From Polyangiales bacterium (lineage in GTDB: Bacteria > Myxococcota_A > Polyangia > Polyangiales > Ga0077539), in the NCBI GenBank assembly GCA_044229975.1, contig JBGARZ010000001.1, positions 288,001 through 352,000 of the forward strand: a DNA stretch of 64,000 bases. Direction: 5' to 3'. Each line of letters starts with the position of its first letter. The stretch's first letter is position 1. Positions 1-8,826 of this stretch are shown piece by piece. The translations under genes and the position numbers were made by a program. The notes under the pieces were generated by a model. The model was given only the letters and a program-made list of their open reading frames with translations, made no database searches and was not told where the DNA came from.

Positions 1-118
1 CCACGACGAGAACCGCCACCAGCCAGCGCCACGCGCGCTCACGCCAGAGCGCGAGCGGGCCGTCATCCTCGACGGCGTCGGGCCACAACCATCGCGCGAT
101 CTGAACGGGGTTCGACAC
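1..118 (-). CDS. 5' end of a probable membrane protein running off the window edge
   Basis: GTG at 118 opens VSNPVQIARWLWPDAVEDDGPLALWRERAWRWLVAVLVV..., with GC-rich third positions and a hydrophobic stretch; divergent from the 147 gene. Confidence 0.4.
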   Translation of the reverse strand, partial: MSNPVQIARWLWPDAVEDDGPLALWRERAWRWLVAVLVV

Positions 119-146
119 GGCGGAGGGACTGATAGCGCACCGCGCG

Positions 147-2132
147 GTGTCACCGGAAGGGGCGTCGCTCGCCGAATGGGAGCTTGACGACGAAGGGCGC
201 CTGCGGGTCTCTTCCGCCCGGAAAGGCGCGGTTTTCCCATTGGGCTGGATCGTCTGGTTGCTTGAGAGTGCCCTCTGTCTGGTCGCGAGCTACGCCGCAG
301 CCGTCGCGGTGTACCCCGACCGCTCGGTGCTCGACCGCTTCATCCTCACGATGGTCGTCGACACGGGGCTCATCCTGCTGGCGATCCACCTGTGCGGCTT
401 CGTCGACCAGCTCTACCCCGCGCCGCTCGCCGTCGTGGCCACGCTGCTCTGCGCCGCGGTGCTCTTCTTCGCGCGCCGTCACACGGCGCCCGGCGTCTTC
501 GCCCAACGACTGAACGACGACCTCCGCGCGCCGGTCCGCTTCGTCGCCGACGTGGTGCGCGAGCGCGAGGTCGCGGTCGGTACGCTCGTCCCAGCGGCGC
601 TCGCGACGGTCACCTGCGCGCTGATGGTCTGGTACTACCGCTCGTGGACGTGGGACCCGGTCTGGTACCACGTCCCCAAGACCTCGCTGGTCATCCAGGA
701 GCACTCGCTCCGCTGGCTCGACATCCCCAACATCTGGACCCAGGGCAACCCCGCCCACCTCGAGCTCCTCGCGGTCTGGAACTGCATCTTCGCCCGCGAC
801 AACCGCTTCGACGACAGCGCGCAGCTCCCCTTCCTCCTCCTCGGCGCCGCGGTCGTCGCCGCGTGGTGTCGTCGCGTCGGTGCATCACGCCCCTTGAGCG
901 CCGCCCTCGGCGCCGTCTGGATCGCCCTCCCCCCGGTCTTCCTCCAGGCCCACTCCACCCACGCCGACGTCGCGTGGAACTCCCTCTTCACCGCCGCGAT
1001 CTACGTCACGCTCGGCAAGCCCGAGCGCCGCGACCGCTGGGTGGGCTTCCTCTGCTGGGGACTCTTCCTCGGCATGAAGTACACGGGCCTCTTCCACATC
1101 GGCCTGTGGGGTCCGTGGCTGCTCGGTCGCGCCGTCTTCGAGGTCGTCCACACCCCGCGCGGCGAGCGCCTGAAGCGCGTGCTCGACGTCATCGCGTCGG
1201 GCCTCTTCGCCATCGCCCTCGGCTGCTTCAAGTACATCCAGAACTTCATCCACGCCCACAACCCGATGTGGCCCTTCGACCTGAAGATCCGGTCGCTCGG
1301 CATCCACTTCCACGGCGAGAGCAACCCCGGCGTCGAGTACGGCTCCGGCCCCGACCAGAGCCCCACCTTCTTCGGCGCGCCCAACGCCCTCAACGACCTG
1401 CTCACGTCGTGGTTCAACGACCACCCGTTCTATGCGCCTGACGTGCGCTCCGGGGGCTTCGGCCCGGCCTTCCGCTGGCTGCTCCTGTGGTGCGTCGTGG
1501 TCGTCGCCTTCGACCTCCTCCGCGGCCGCAACTGGCGCCGCGGCCTGCTCCCGCTCGCGCTCTTCGTCGAGTGCCTCCAGGTGCCCGTCCCGTACATGAC
1601 CCGCTTCATCCTCGCGGCGGCCAGCGCGGCGCTCGTGTGCACCGCCATCGTCGCGTCGGAGATACGCTGGCGCCCGCTGAAGCTCGCCTTCTCGCTCGCC
1701 CTCGTGGGCCTCACCTGGCACGGCTACACCGAAGCCTACCGGGGGTTCATCGTGCACCCGCGCTACTTTGATCGCGCGCGCCGCCTCGACGCCGCCGGTC
1801 GCAACGCGCTGCAGCTCGACACCTTCCTCTGGCCCACCCACTGGGCGGAGCTGCGCGAGCGCGAGCTGCACGCGGGCGACGTCATCGCCTACGACGAGGG
1901 CGTCCACTTCCTCAACGACCTCTTCAACCACGACTTCGGCGCGCGCGTGGAGTTCGTCTCCAGTCGGGTTCCTGCCGAGCGCTACCTCGCTCGCGTGCGT
2001 GCGCTGCGCGCGAAGTGGGTCGGCGTCACGCGCGGAACCGCCGCCGAACAGGCCCTCATCACCGCGGGCGCGACCTTCCTCTTCCAGACCCCCGACTCGC
2101 CCATGGCGATGTACCGCATGCCCCGGCCGTGA
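147..2132 (+). CDS. Polytopic membrane protein, probable GT-C (ArnT/PMT-like) glycosyltransferase
   Basis: 661 aa with many TM segments; loop motif WTWDPVWYHVP after the N-terminal helices; GMKYTG motif; stop overlaps the next start (GTGA 2129-2132). Confidence 0.65.
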   Translation: MSPEGASLAEWELDDEGRLRVSSARKGAVFPLGWIVWLLESALCLVASYAAAVAVYPDRSVLDRFILTMVVDTGLILLAIHLCGFVDQLYPAPLAVVATLLCAAVLFFARRHTAPGVFAQRLNDDLRAPVRFVADVVREREVAVGTLVPAALATVTCALMVWYYRSWTWDPVWYHVPKTSLVIQEHSLRWLDIPNIWTQGNPAHLELLAVWNCIFARDNRFDDSAQLPFLLLGAAVVAAWCRRVGASRPLSAALGAVWIALPPVFLQAHSTHADVAWNSLFTAAIYVTLGKPERRDRWVGFLCWGLFLGMKYTGLFHIGLWGPWLLGRAVFEVVHTPRGERLKRVLDVIASGLFAIALGCFKYIQNFIHAHNPMWPFDLKIRSLGIHFHGESNPGVEYGSGPDQSPTFFGAPNALNDLLTSWFNDHPFYAPDVRSGGFGPAFRWLLLWCVVVVAFDLLRGRNWRRGLLPLALFVECLQVPVPYMTRFILAAASAALVCTAIVASEIRWRPLKLAFSLALVGLTWHGYTEAYRGFIVHPRYFDRARRLDAAGRNALQLDTFLWPTHWAELRERELHAGDVIAYDEGVHFLNDLFNHDFGARVEFVSSRVPAERYLARVRALRAKWVGVTRGTAAEQALITAGATFLFQTPDSPMAMYRMPRP

Positions 2133-3283
2133 CCATCGGGCGCCCGCTCGCGCTTGGCCTCGGCCTCACGGTCGCCACCCGCCTCGCCGCCGCGGCCCTC
2201 TTCCCGACGCTCCCCCGCTGGGACGGGTTCTTCTACCACCGCTACGCCGAGCGCCTCGCCGCGGGCCTCGGCTACACCGACCTCGGAACCCACCGCCCCA
2301 CCGGCTTCTACCCGGTGGGCTACCCCTTCGCGCTCTCGCTCCCCTTGCGCCTCGGCTTCGGCCCCTTCGCCGCCGTCGTGGCCGTCAACCTGGTCGCGAG
2401 CCTCGTCACCACCACCGCCGTCGTGGTCGTCGCGGCCCGTCACCCCGAACCCCGCGTCGCCACCCGCGCCGCCCTCGCCGCCGCGCTCTACCCCGGCCTC
2501 GCGCTGTGGTCCTGCGCCGCCATGAGCGAGTCGCTCACCGCCGCCCTCCTCGTTGCCGCCCTCGCGCTCGTCACCACCGGCTCTTTGCGCGCTCGCCATC
2601 CACTCGGCGCGGGTGCGCTCCTCGGACTCGCTGCCCTCGTGCGCCCGCCGTCGCTGCTCGCGCTCGCTGCCGTCGCCGCGGCGGCGCCATCGGGTCGTCG
2701 CCTGCGCTCACTCGCGCTCGCTTGCGTCGCCGCCGTGTGCGTCGTGGCCCCGTGGACGATTCGCAACGCGCGCGCCCTCGACGCCCCCGCGCTCGTCAGC
2801 ACCAACGGCGGATCGAACCTCCTCATCGGCACCCTCGACGACGCCCGCGGCGGCTATCGACCTCCCGGCCCGCGGTGCGCCAATCTTCACGGCGAGGTCG
2901 AGCGCGACCGCTGCTTCGGCGCGACGGCCCGCGGGCGCATCGCCGAAGCGCCGCTTCGCTGGAGCGTCCTGGGCGTCGAGAAGCTCGCGCGCACCTTCGC
3001 GTGGGAGCACGACCCGGCGCGCCATCTCCGCGACGAGAAGATCCCGCTGCGCCGCGATGCGCGCGCCATCGCCCTCATCGCGTTGTGCACCGTCGCTTGG
3101 TGGGCGCTGCTGGTCCGCGCGTGGCGCGCCGCTCGCCGCGACGATTCGACAAGCCGCGCGGTAGCCGTCACCGCGGCCAGCATCGCCGCGACGCACTTCG
3201 TCTTCCTCGGCGCCGACCGGTACCATCTGGTGCTCGTTCCCACGCTGCTGCTGCTGCTCGCACCACGACCTCCCTCTGCATGA
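2129..3283 (+). CDS. GT39/ArnT-like membrane glycosyltransferase, paralog 1
   Basis: GTG start coupled by GTGA overlap; motifs WDGFFY, PTGFYPVGYP, MSE, LVRP, PWTIRN, STNGGSNLLIG, FLGADRYH. Confidence 0.8.
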   Translation: MTIGRPLALGLGLTVATRLAAAALFPTLPRWDGFFYHRYAERLAAGLGYTDLGTHRPTGFYPVGYPFALSLPLRLGFGPFAAVVAVNLVASLVTTTAVVVVAARHPEPRVATRAALAAALYPGLALWSCAAMSESLTAALLVAALALVTTGSLRARHPLGAGALLGLAALVRPPSLLALAAVAAAAPSGRRLRSLALACVAAVCVVAPWTIRNARALDAPALVSTNGGSNLLIGTLDDARGGYRPPGPRCANLHGEVERDRCFGATARGRIAEAPLRWSVLGVEKLARTFAWEHDPARHLRDEKIPLRRDARAIALIALCTVAWWALLVRAWRAARRDDSTSRAVAVTAASIAATHFVFLGADRYHLVLVPTLLLLLAPRPPSA

Positions 3284-3407
3284 GTTCATCTGTTCCACGG
3301 TCGTCGCAGCGAGTACCGGGGTGCGGGGCAACGCCCAAACCCCAGCCCCCCAGCGGCTTGCACCACGCTCCCGAAGCGCCGACGACGTCCCCGCTACGAG
3401 CCCTCCG

Positions 3408-4604
3408 ATGAGCGCCCTCGCCTGGACCCTGATCACCATCCTGGTGCGCCTCGCCTGGCTGCGCGCAGTGCCGCCCGCCATCGCCTGGGACGGCATCATC
3501 TACGCGCGCACGTCGCTCCGCATCGCGCAGGGTCTGGGCTTCGTCGACAACTACAACAACGTCCCGCCGTGGCCGCCCACCGCCTTCTACCCGGTGGGCT
3601 ACCCCGCGCTCCTCGGCCTCTTCCACGCGCTGCTCGGTCCCGGCACCTGGGTCGCCGGCGCGCTCAACGTCGTCGCCGCCGCCGTCACCACCGCCCTCGT
3701 CTTCACCCTCGCCCGGCGCGCCTGGGGAACGCCCTCCGCCCACCTCGCGGCCGCCCTCTACGCGCTCTCTCCCGGCGCGGTGCTCTACACGTCCACCCTG
3801 ATGACCGAGACCGTCTCGGCCGCCCTCCTCGTCGGCGCCGTCGCCCTCGCCGCGCGCCACGTTCGCACCGCCTCTCCGCACGCCGCCCTCGCCGCGGGAC
3901 TCGCCTTCGGCGTCGCCGGCCTCGTGCGCCCGCAGACCCTCCTGCTCGCCCCCATCGTCGCGCTCCTCGCCTCCCCGTCTCCCCACTGGAAGAAGCGCGT
4001 CCGCACCGTCGCCCTCGTCGGGGTCGCGTGTGCCGCGGTGGTGCTCCCGTGGACGGCCCGCAACTGCCGCGTCCTCGACGGCTGCGCGCTGGTCTCCGTC
4101 AACGGCGGCTCCAACCTCTTCATCGGAACCGACCCCGACGCCCACGGCAACTACCGCGCCCTTCGCCGCGGTGAAGGCTGCGACCGCGCCCCCCCGGAGG
4201 TCGCCAAGGACCGGTGCTTCGGCCACCTCGCCGTCGCCCGCATCCGCGCCCATCCGCTGCGTTGGATCGCGCTCATGCCCGCCAAGCTCCAGGCCCTCCT
4301 CGACTACGAGACGGCGCCCGCCAACTACCTCCGCGAAGCGGGTTCCCTCGCTGCGCCCGCCGCCGAGCGTCTCGGTCGCTGGCTCACCGCTGCGCACCGG
4401 CTCACCAGCTTCCTCGCGCTGCTGGTGCTGGTCGCGCGCCGACGTTCGCTGCCGCGCCCGGTCGCGCTCAGCGTCGGCGGTGTCGTCGGCTCCCTCGCCG
4501 TCCACGCCGTCTTCTTCGGCGGCGATCGCTACCACATGGTCTTTCTCCCGCTGCTCGCGATCATCGCAGGCGGCGTCCTCGCGCCGTCCACCAGGACCCC
4601 GTGA
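3408..4604 (+). CDS. GT39/ArnT-like membrane glycosyltransferase, paralog 2
   Basis: ATG 3408 (MSALAWTL); motifs WDGIIY, PTAFYPVGYP, MTE, LVRPQ, PWTARNC, SVNGGSNLFIG, FFGGDRYH. Confidence 0.8.
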   Translation: MSALAWTLITILVRLAWLRAVPPAIAWDGIIYARTSLRIAQGLGFVDNYNNVPPWPPTAFYPVGYPALLGLFHALLGPGTWVAGALNVVAAAVTTALVFTLARRAWGTPSAHLAAALYALSPGAVLYTSTLMTETVSAALLVGAVALAARHVRTASPHAALAAGLAFGVAGLVRPQTLLLAPIVALLASPSPHWKKRVRTVALVGVACAAVVLPWTARNCRVLDGCALVSVNGGSNLFIGTDPDAHGNYRALRRGEGCDRAPPEVAKDRCFGHLAVARIRAHPLRWIALMPAKLQALLDYETAPANYLREAGSLAAPAAERLGRWLTAAHRLTSFLALLVLVARRRSLPRPVALSVGGVVGSLAVHAVFFGGDRYHMVFLPLLAIIAGGVLAPSTRTP

Positions 4605-5848
4605 CCCACCGCAGAAGCACCCTCGCGCTCTCGCTCGTCGCCCTCGTCGCGCGACTCGCCTGGGGCTTCTCGGTGCGGGTCCCGCCGGTGTGGGACGGCG
4701 AGCTCTACGAGCGCGGCGCGCGCGCCCTCGCGACGGGCCTCGGCTACTCCTGCTTCCTCTTCGGACCAGCCGCCGACCCGACCGTCCCGACCGCCTTCTA
4801 CCCCGTCGGCTACCCCGCCTTCCTCGGCGCCCTCTACCGGATCTTCGGCATCTCCGCGGCCGTCATCGTGGTCAGCGGCGCCCTGCTCGGCGCGGTCACC
4901 GTCGCCCTCACCCACCGCCTCGCGCTGCGCTGCGCGCCTCCGCTCGCGGCGCACGTCGCGGCGCTCGCCGTCGCGCTCTCTCCAGGCGCCGTCATCCTCT
5001 CCACGACGCCGATGAGCGAGACCCTCTGGGGCACCCTCGTCACCGCCGCGGTCTATGTGCTCACGCGTGCCCGTCTGCCGCGGGTTGAGCTCCTCCTCAC
5101 CGCCGTCCTCCTCGCTGCTGCCGTCTACGTGCGTCCGCAGGCGGTGCTCCTCGCGCCGCTGCTCCCCGCGCTCGTCCCCGGAACCCTCCGCCAACGCCTC
5201 GCCCGCGCCGCCGTCGTCACCGTCGCGGTGCTCGCGCTCGTCGCCCCGTGGACGGCCCGCAACTGCCGCTCGCTCGACGGCTGCGCCTTCGTGAGCACCA
5301 ACGGCGGCAGCAACCTCGCCATCGGCGCCATTCCCCGCGCGACAGGTCAGTACCTCCGCCTCACCGCCGACGACGGATGCCGCGGCGTGAAGGGCGAACG
5401 CGCCCGCGAGCGCTGCTGGCAGTCCGTCGCCATCGCCAGCATCCGCGCCAACCCCACCCGCTGGCTGCGCCTCGGCCTCACCAAGCTCCACGAGACCTGG
5501 CGCCACGAGTCGTACCCCGCGGGCTACCTCCGCACCGCGCGCCCCGACCTCGTCGACGCAAGCCGCGAAGAGTCCCTCCAACGATGGATGGCCCGCGCGT
5601 GGATGGCCCTCTGGCTCGTCGCCCTCCTCGGCCTCATCCCGCTCCCGTCGCGACGCCGCATGGCGCCCGCGGCGACGCTCTCCCTCGGAGCCATCGCGGC
5701 GGTGATGGCCACCCACGCGGTGGTCTTCGGCGGCGACCGCTATCACCTCCCGCTGGTCGGTCTCGTGGCCGTGCTCGCGGCCTCCGCGTTTCGCCAAAGC
5801 GCTGGAGATCTAAGCGCTCCCGCGACCGTCGACCCATCGCGTCGTTGA
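4601..5848 (+). CDS. GT39/ArnT-like membrane glycosyltransferase, paralog 3
   Basis: GTG start coupled by GTGA overlap at 4601-4604; motifs WDGELY, PTAFYPVGYP, MSE, YVRPQ, PWTARNC, STNGGSNLAIG, VFGGDRYH. Confidence 0.8.
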   Translation: MTHRRSTLALSLVALVARLAWGFSVRVPPVWDGELYERGARALATGLGYSCFLFGPAADPTVPTAFYPVGYPAFLGALYRIFGISAAVIVVSGALLGAVTVALTHRLALRCAPPLAAHVAALAVALSPGAVILSTTPMSETLWGTLVTAAVYVLTRARLPRVELLLTAVLLAAAVYVRPQAVLLAPLLPALVPGTLRQRLARAAVVTVAVLALVAPWTARNCRSLDGCAFVSTNGGSNLAIGAIPRATGQYLRLTADDGCRGVKGERARERCWQSVAIASIRANPTRWLRLGLTKLHETWRHESYPAGYLRTARPDLVDASREESLQRWMARAWMALWLVALLGLIPLPSRRRMAPAATLSLGAIAAVMATHAVVFGGDRYHLPLVGLVAVLAASAFRQSAGDLSAPATVDPSRR

Positions 5849-5911
5849 AAAGTTCGCCCCGCGCGAGACCGCGCATAGAGTCCGTTCACACCGCGGACAG
5901 GCGATGCAGGG

Positions 5912-8311
5912 GTGAGCGTCGGTCGTGTGGACTTCTCCGTCGTGGGAGACGTCCGCGCGCCCGTCGTCACACCCCCATCGACCTCACGCCGCGCCTGTGG
6001 ACGCATGACCCCGATCGACCTGCTGATCCATCGCGCTCCGACCCGGTCCACCCGCAGCGAGCGTCTCGGCGGTGCGACCGCCGCCGACACCGTCGCGCTC
6101 AGCCTCGCGGAGGGCGCCCACCTCCTCGACCTCGACCTCGCCGGTCAGCGCTGCACCCTCGCTCAAGACGGCGAGAACGCCGCCTACCTCCTCCGCGACG
6201 TCGCCGCGGCGCTCGTCCCCGTCTTCGAGGGACGCGCCGCCAAGGCCCAGGTCGTCGCCCACGACACCCCTTGGGAGCTCTGCTTCGTCCCCGGCGACGC
6301 CGCCATCCTCGTCAGCGTCTTCCGCGGCGGCCCCGTCCCCGAAGTCCGCGCCCTCGACCGCGCCGTCGAGCCCACTGCGCTCCTCGCCGCCCTGCGCCGC
6401 GCCGCCGACGCGCTGCCCTTCCCCGCCGACGGCCTCGACGCCCTGCTCGACCGCCTCGACGCCGCCTCGCCGCATCACCTCGTGGCCCCCGCGCGCGGCC
6501 CCTCGATGATGCTCCAGTGGGCGAGCCGCGCGGGTGATCTCGGCGACGACGCCCTCTCGGTCACCTTCAACGCCCTCAGCCCCGGCGAGACCGCTGCGCG
6601 CCGCGAGAGCACCCAGTCCGACCTCCACGCGCTGCTCGTCCAGGGTCGCATCGGCATCAGCCTGCGCGGTCGTGGCGTCGAGCTCGCGCCGGGCTTCGTC
6701 GCCCTCCAGTTCGAGCGCCTCGTCGCGCTGTGTCGCCCGCTCCTCGAAGCGTGGGCCGCGCGTCGCCCGCTGCACCTCCGCATGCAGGTGTCCGACCTCT
6801 CGCTCGGCATCCGGCTCTCCACCGACGAGCGCCTCGCCCTCACCCTCACGCGCAACCCCGGCGGCTCCGTCACCCTGCCCGCGCTCGCCCCCGCGGCCTT
6901 CGTCGCCCCGGTGCTCGACGGCGCCCTCGCGCTCGCCGCCGCGCTCTCCCGCTGCGACCGCAGCCTCGCCCGCAACCTCCGCCTGCGCGCGCTCCGCAAC
7001 GAGGCCCGCGCCCTCCGCCGCTGGCTGCGCAACCTCGGCCGCAACGACCGCCGCACCAACCCCGACCCCACGCTCTACCAGGTGCCCGTCGAGGCCCCCG
7101 TCACGAGCGATGCGCTCGACCTGCGCGACGCCACGCGCCTCCGCTACTCGGTCCGCTGGCGCGCCGAGATCGAGGGCCTCGACCTCGCCGGAACCCTCCT
7201 CTGCGGCGACCGTCTCATCGTCCCCGGCGCGCGAGAGCTCCACGCCCTCGACCGCATGACCGGCGCGGCCGTCTGGTCGGTCCCGGTGCCGCGCGCGTCG
7301 ACCACGTTGGCAGGCGACGCCCTGCTCCGGCAGAGCCCCCGCGGCGAGGTCGAGCTGCGCGCAGCGTCGAGCGGCGAGGTGCTCTGGAGCACGCGCATCA
7401 CCCCCCGCGTCGGAACCCTCTGCCTCCCCCACGCCGTCACCGCGCCGGGCCTTCCCCGCCTCGTGGTCGTGGCCGAGGGCGAGCGCCGCCTCGTGGCCCT
7501 CGACCTGCGCACCGGCGAGCCCCGCTGGAGCTTCACCGCGCGCCACGCCGGAACCTTCCGCATGAAGCGCGCAGGTCGCCTGCTCGTGGTCGTGTCGGGC
7601 GACGCCACGGTCACGGCGCTCGACCTCGCGAGCGGCGAGGTGGTGTGGCGCTTCGGTGATCGCGTTCCGTTTCACACGACGCCGCTCTTGCACCGCGACC
7701 AGCTCTTCGCCGTCGCGGGCGAGGCCACGCGCGGGTCGGCCCGCCTCTACGCGCTCGACGCCTACGCGGGCGAGCCGCTGTGGTCGTGCGCCATCGACGC
7801 GAGCGTGTGCGCTCCGGCGTGCGTGACCAAGGACACCGTCGCCGTCCCGGTCGCGAGCCGCGAGGGCTTCTCCCTCGAAGGCCGCTCGGCCGCCGACGGA
7901 ACCGTCCTCTGGACCACCTCGCTCTCTGCCGTCCAGGGCTCCTCGTCGCGCCCCTCGGTGACGGCCTTCGACGACCTCTTCGTCGCCAACCTCCCGACGG
8001 GTCGCGTGCTCGCGGTCGACGCCGCCGACGGCTCCACCCGCTGGTCGCGCACCCTCCGCGCGCCCCTCGGCGACGACCTCCCGCGCCGCCTCGACGCCCA
8101 GCTCCGCGCGGGCGCCCTCTTCATCCCGCAGAGCGCGCTCGCGGTGCTGCGTCCACGCGACGGCGCCGTGCTCGCCGAGGTCGACGCCTGCGACCTCGTG
8201 CCCGACCTCGTGCGCGTCGACGAGCAGTGCGCCATCTACGTCGCCGAGGAGAGCGGCCACCTCGGCTGCTACGAGCCCGGCGCGCGCCTCCGGGTCATCC
8301 GCGCGGTCTGA
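5912..8311 (+). CDS. Protein with a C-terminal PQQ-like (BamB-type) beta-propeller and an unknown N-terminal half
   Basis: Repeated ALDxxTG(E/A)xxW blades (ALDRMTGAAVW, ALDLRTGEPRW, ALDLASGEVVW, ALDAYAGEPLW, AVDAADGSTRW); no signal peptide; start uncertain. Confidence 0.75.
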   Translation: MSVGRVDFSVVGDVRAPVVTPPSTSRRACGRMTPIDLLIHRAPTRSTRSERLGGATAADTVALSLAEGAHLLDLDLAGQRCTLAQDGENAAYLLRDVAAALVPVFEGRAAKAQVVAHDTPWELCFVPGDAAILVSVFRGGPVPEVRALDRAVEPTALLAALRRAADALPFPADGLDALLDRLDAASPHHLVAPARGPSMMLQWASRAGDLGDDALSVTFNALSPGETAARRESTQSDLHALLVQGRIGISLRGRGVELAPGFVALQFERLVALCRPLLEAWAARRPLHLRMQVSDLSLGIRLSTDERLALTLTRNPGGSVTLPALAPAAFVAPVLDGALALAAALSRCDRSLARNLRLRALRNEARALRRWLRNLGRNDRRTNPDPTLYQVPVEAPVTSDALDLRDATRLRYSVRWRAEIEGLDLAGTLLCGDRLIVPGARELHALDRMTGAAVWSVPVPRASTTLAGDALLRQSPRGEVELRAASSGEVLWSTRITPRVGTLCLPHAVTAPGLPRLVVVAEGERRLVALDLRTGEPRWSFTARHAGTFRMKRAGRLLVVVSGDATVTALDLASGEVVWRFGDRVPFHTTPLLHRDQLFAVAGEATRGSARLYALDAYAGEPLWSCAIDASVCAPACVTKDTVAVPVASREGFSLEGRSAADGTVLWTTSLSAVQGSSSRPSVTAFDDLFVANLPTGRVLAVDAADGSTRWSRTLRAPLGDDLPRRLDAQLRAGALFIPQSALAVLRPRDGAVLAEVDACDLVPDLVRVDEQCAIYVAEESGHLGCYEPGARLRVIRAV

Positions 8312-8318
8312 CCGACCG

Positions 8319-8807
8319 CTACGGCTCGGTGCACATCCAGTCGCGGCTCGTGCACTCCGTTCGGTTGTGGCAGCTGATGCAGCGGCTCACCCGGCCGTCT
8401 TCGAGCACCGCGCGGTCGCTCGCGCGCACCCGCTGCCAGTGCCAGTCGCCGTGCGCGGTGTCGTAGCCGGGCTCCTTCCGCATCACCGTCCACCCGATGA
8501 CCGTCGAGCACGAGCTGTCGGCGAACTCCTCCTTGATGACCAACGAGCCCGCCGGGAGCGTGCGCCCCTCGACCCGGTAGTTGGCCATCGCCTCGGGGCT
8601 CGCCACCACGCGGATGTTGCTGATCGACGGCGTCCCCGGGCCGTAGCTCGACGCATGCTCGATGGTGTTGCGACACCCGCGCACCTCGGGAAATCGTCGC
8701 GCGTAGTCCGTCGGAACGAGCGACGTCGCGGCGGGCGTTTCGTCCGGCCCGCACCCACCAGCGAGCACCACGAGCGAGAGGGCGACGGAGGCGACGACGC
8801 GGTTCAT
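8319..8807 (-). CDS. Cytochrome P460-family lipoprotein
   Basis: ATG 8807; lipobox-like LAGGC; LPAGSLVIKE, MRKEPGY..GDWHW; C-terminal CISCH heme c motif. Confidence 0.8.
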   Translation of the reverse strand: MNRVVASVALSLVVLAGGCGPDETPAATSLVPTDYARRFPEVRGCRNTIEHASSYGPGTPSISNIRVVASPEAMANYRVEGRTLPAGSLVIKEEFADSSCSTVIGWTVMRKEPGYDTAHGDWHWQRVRASDRAVLEDGRVSRCISCHNRTECTSRDWMCTEP

Positions 8808-8826
8808 CGCCCGCCATCGTAGCGCC

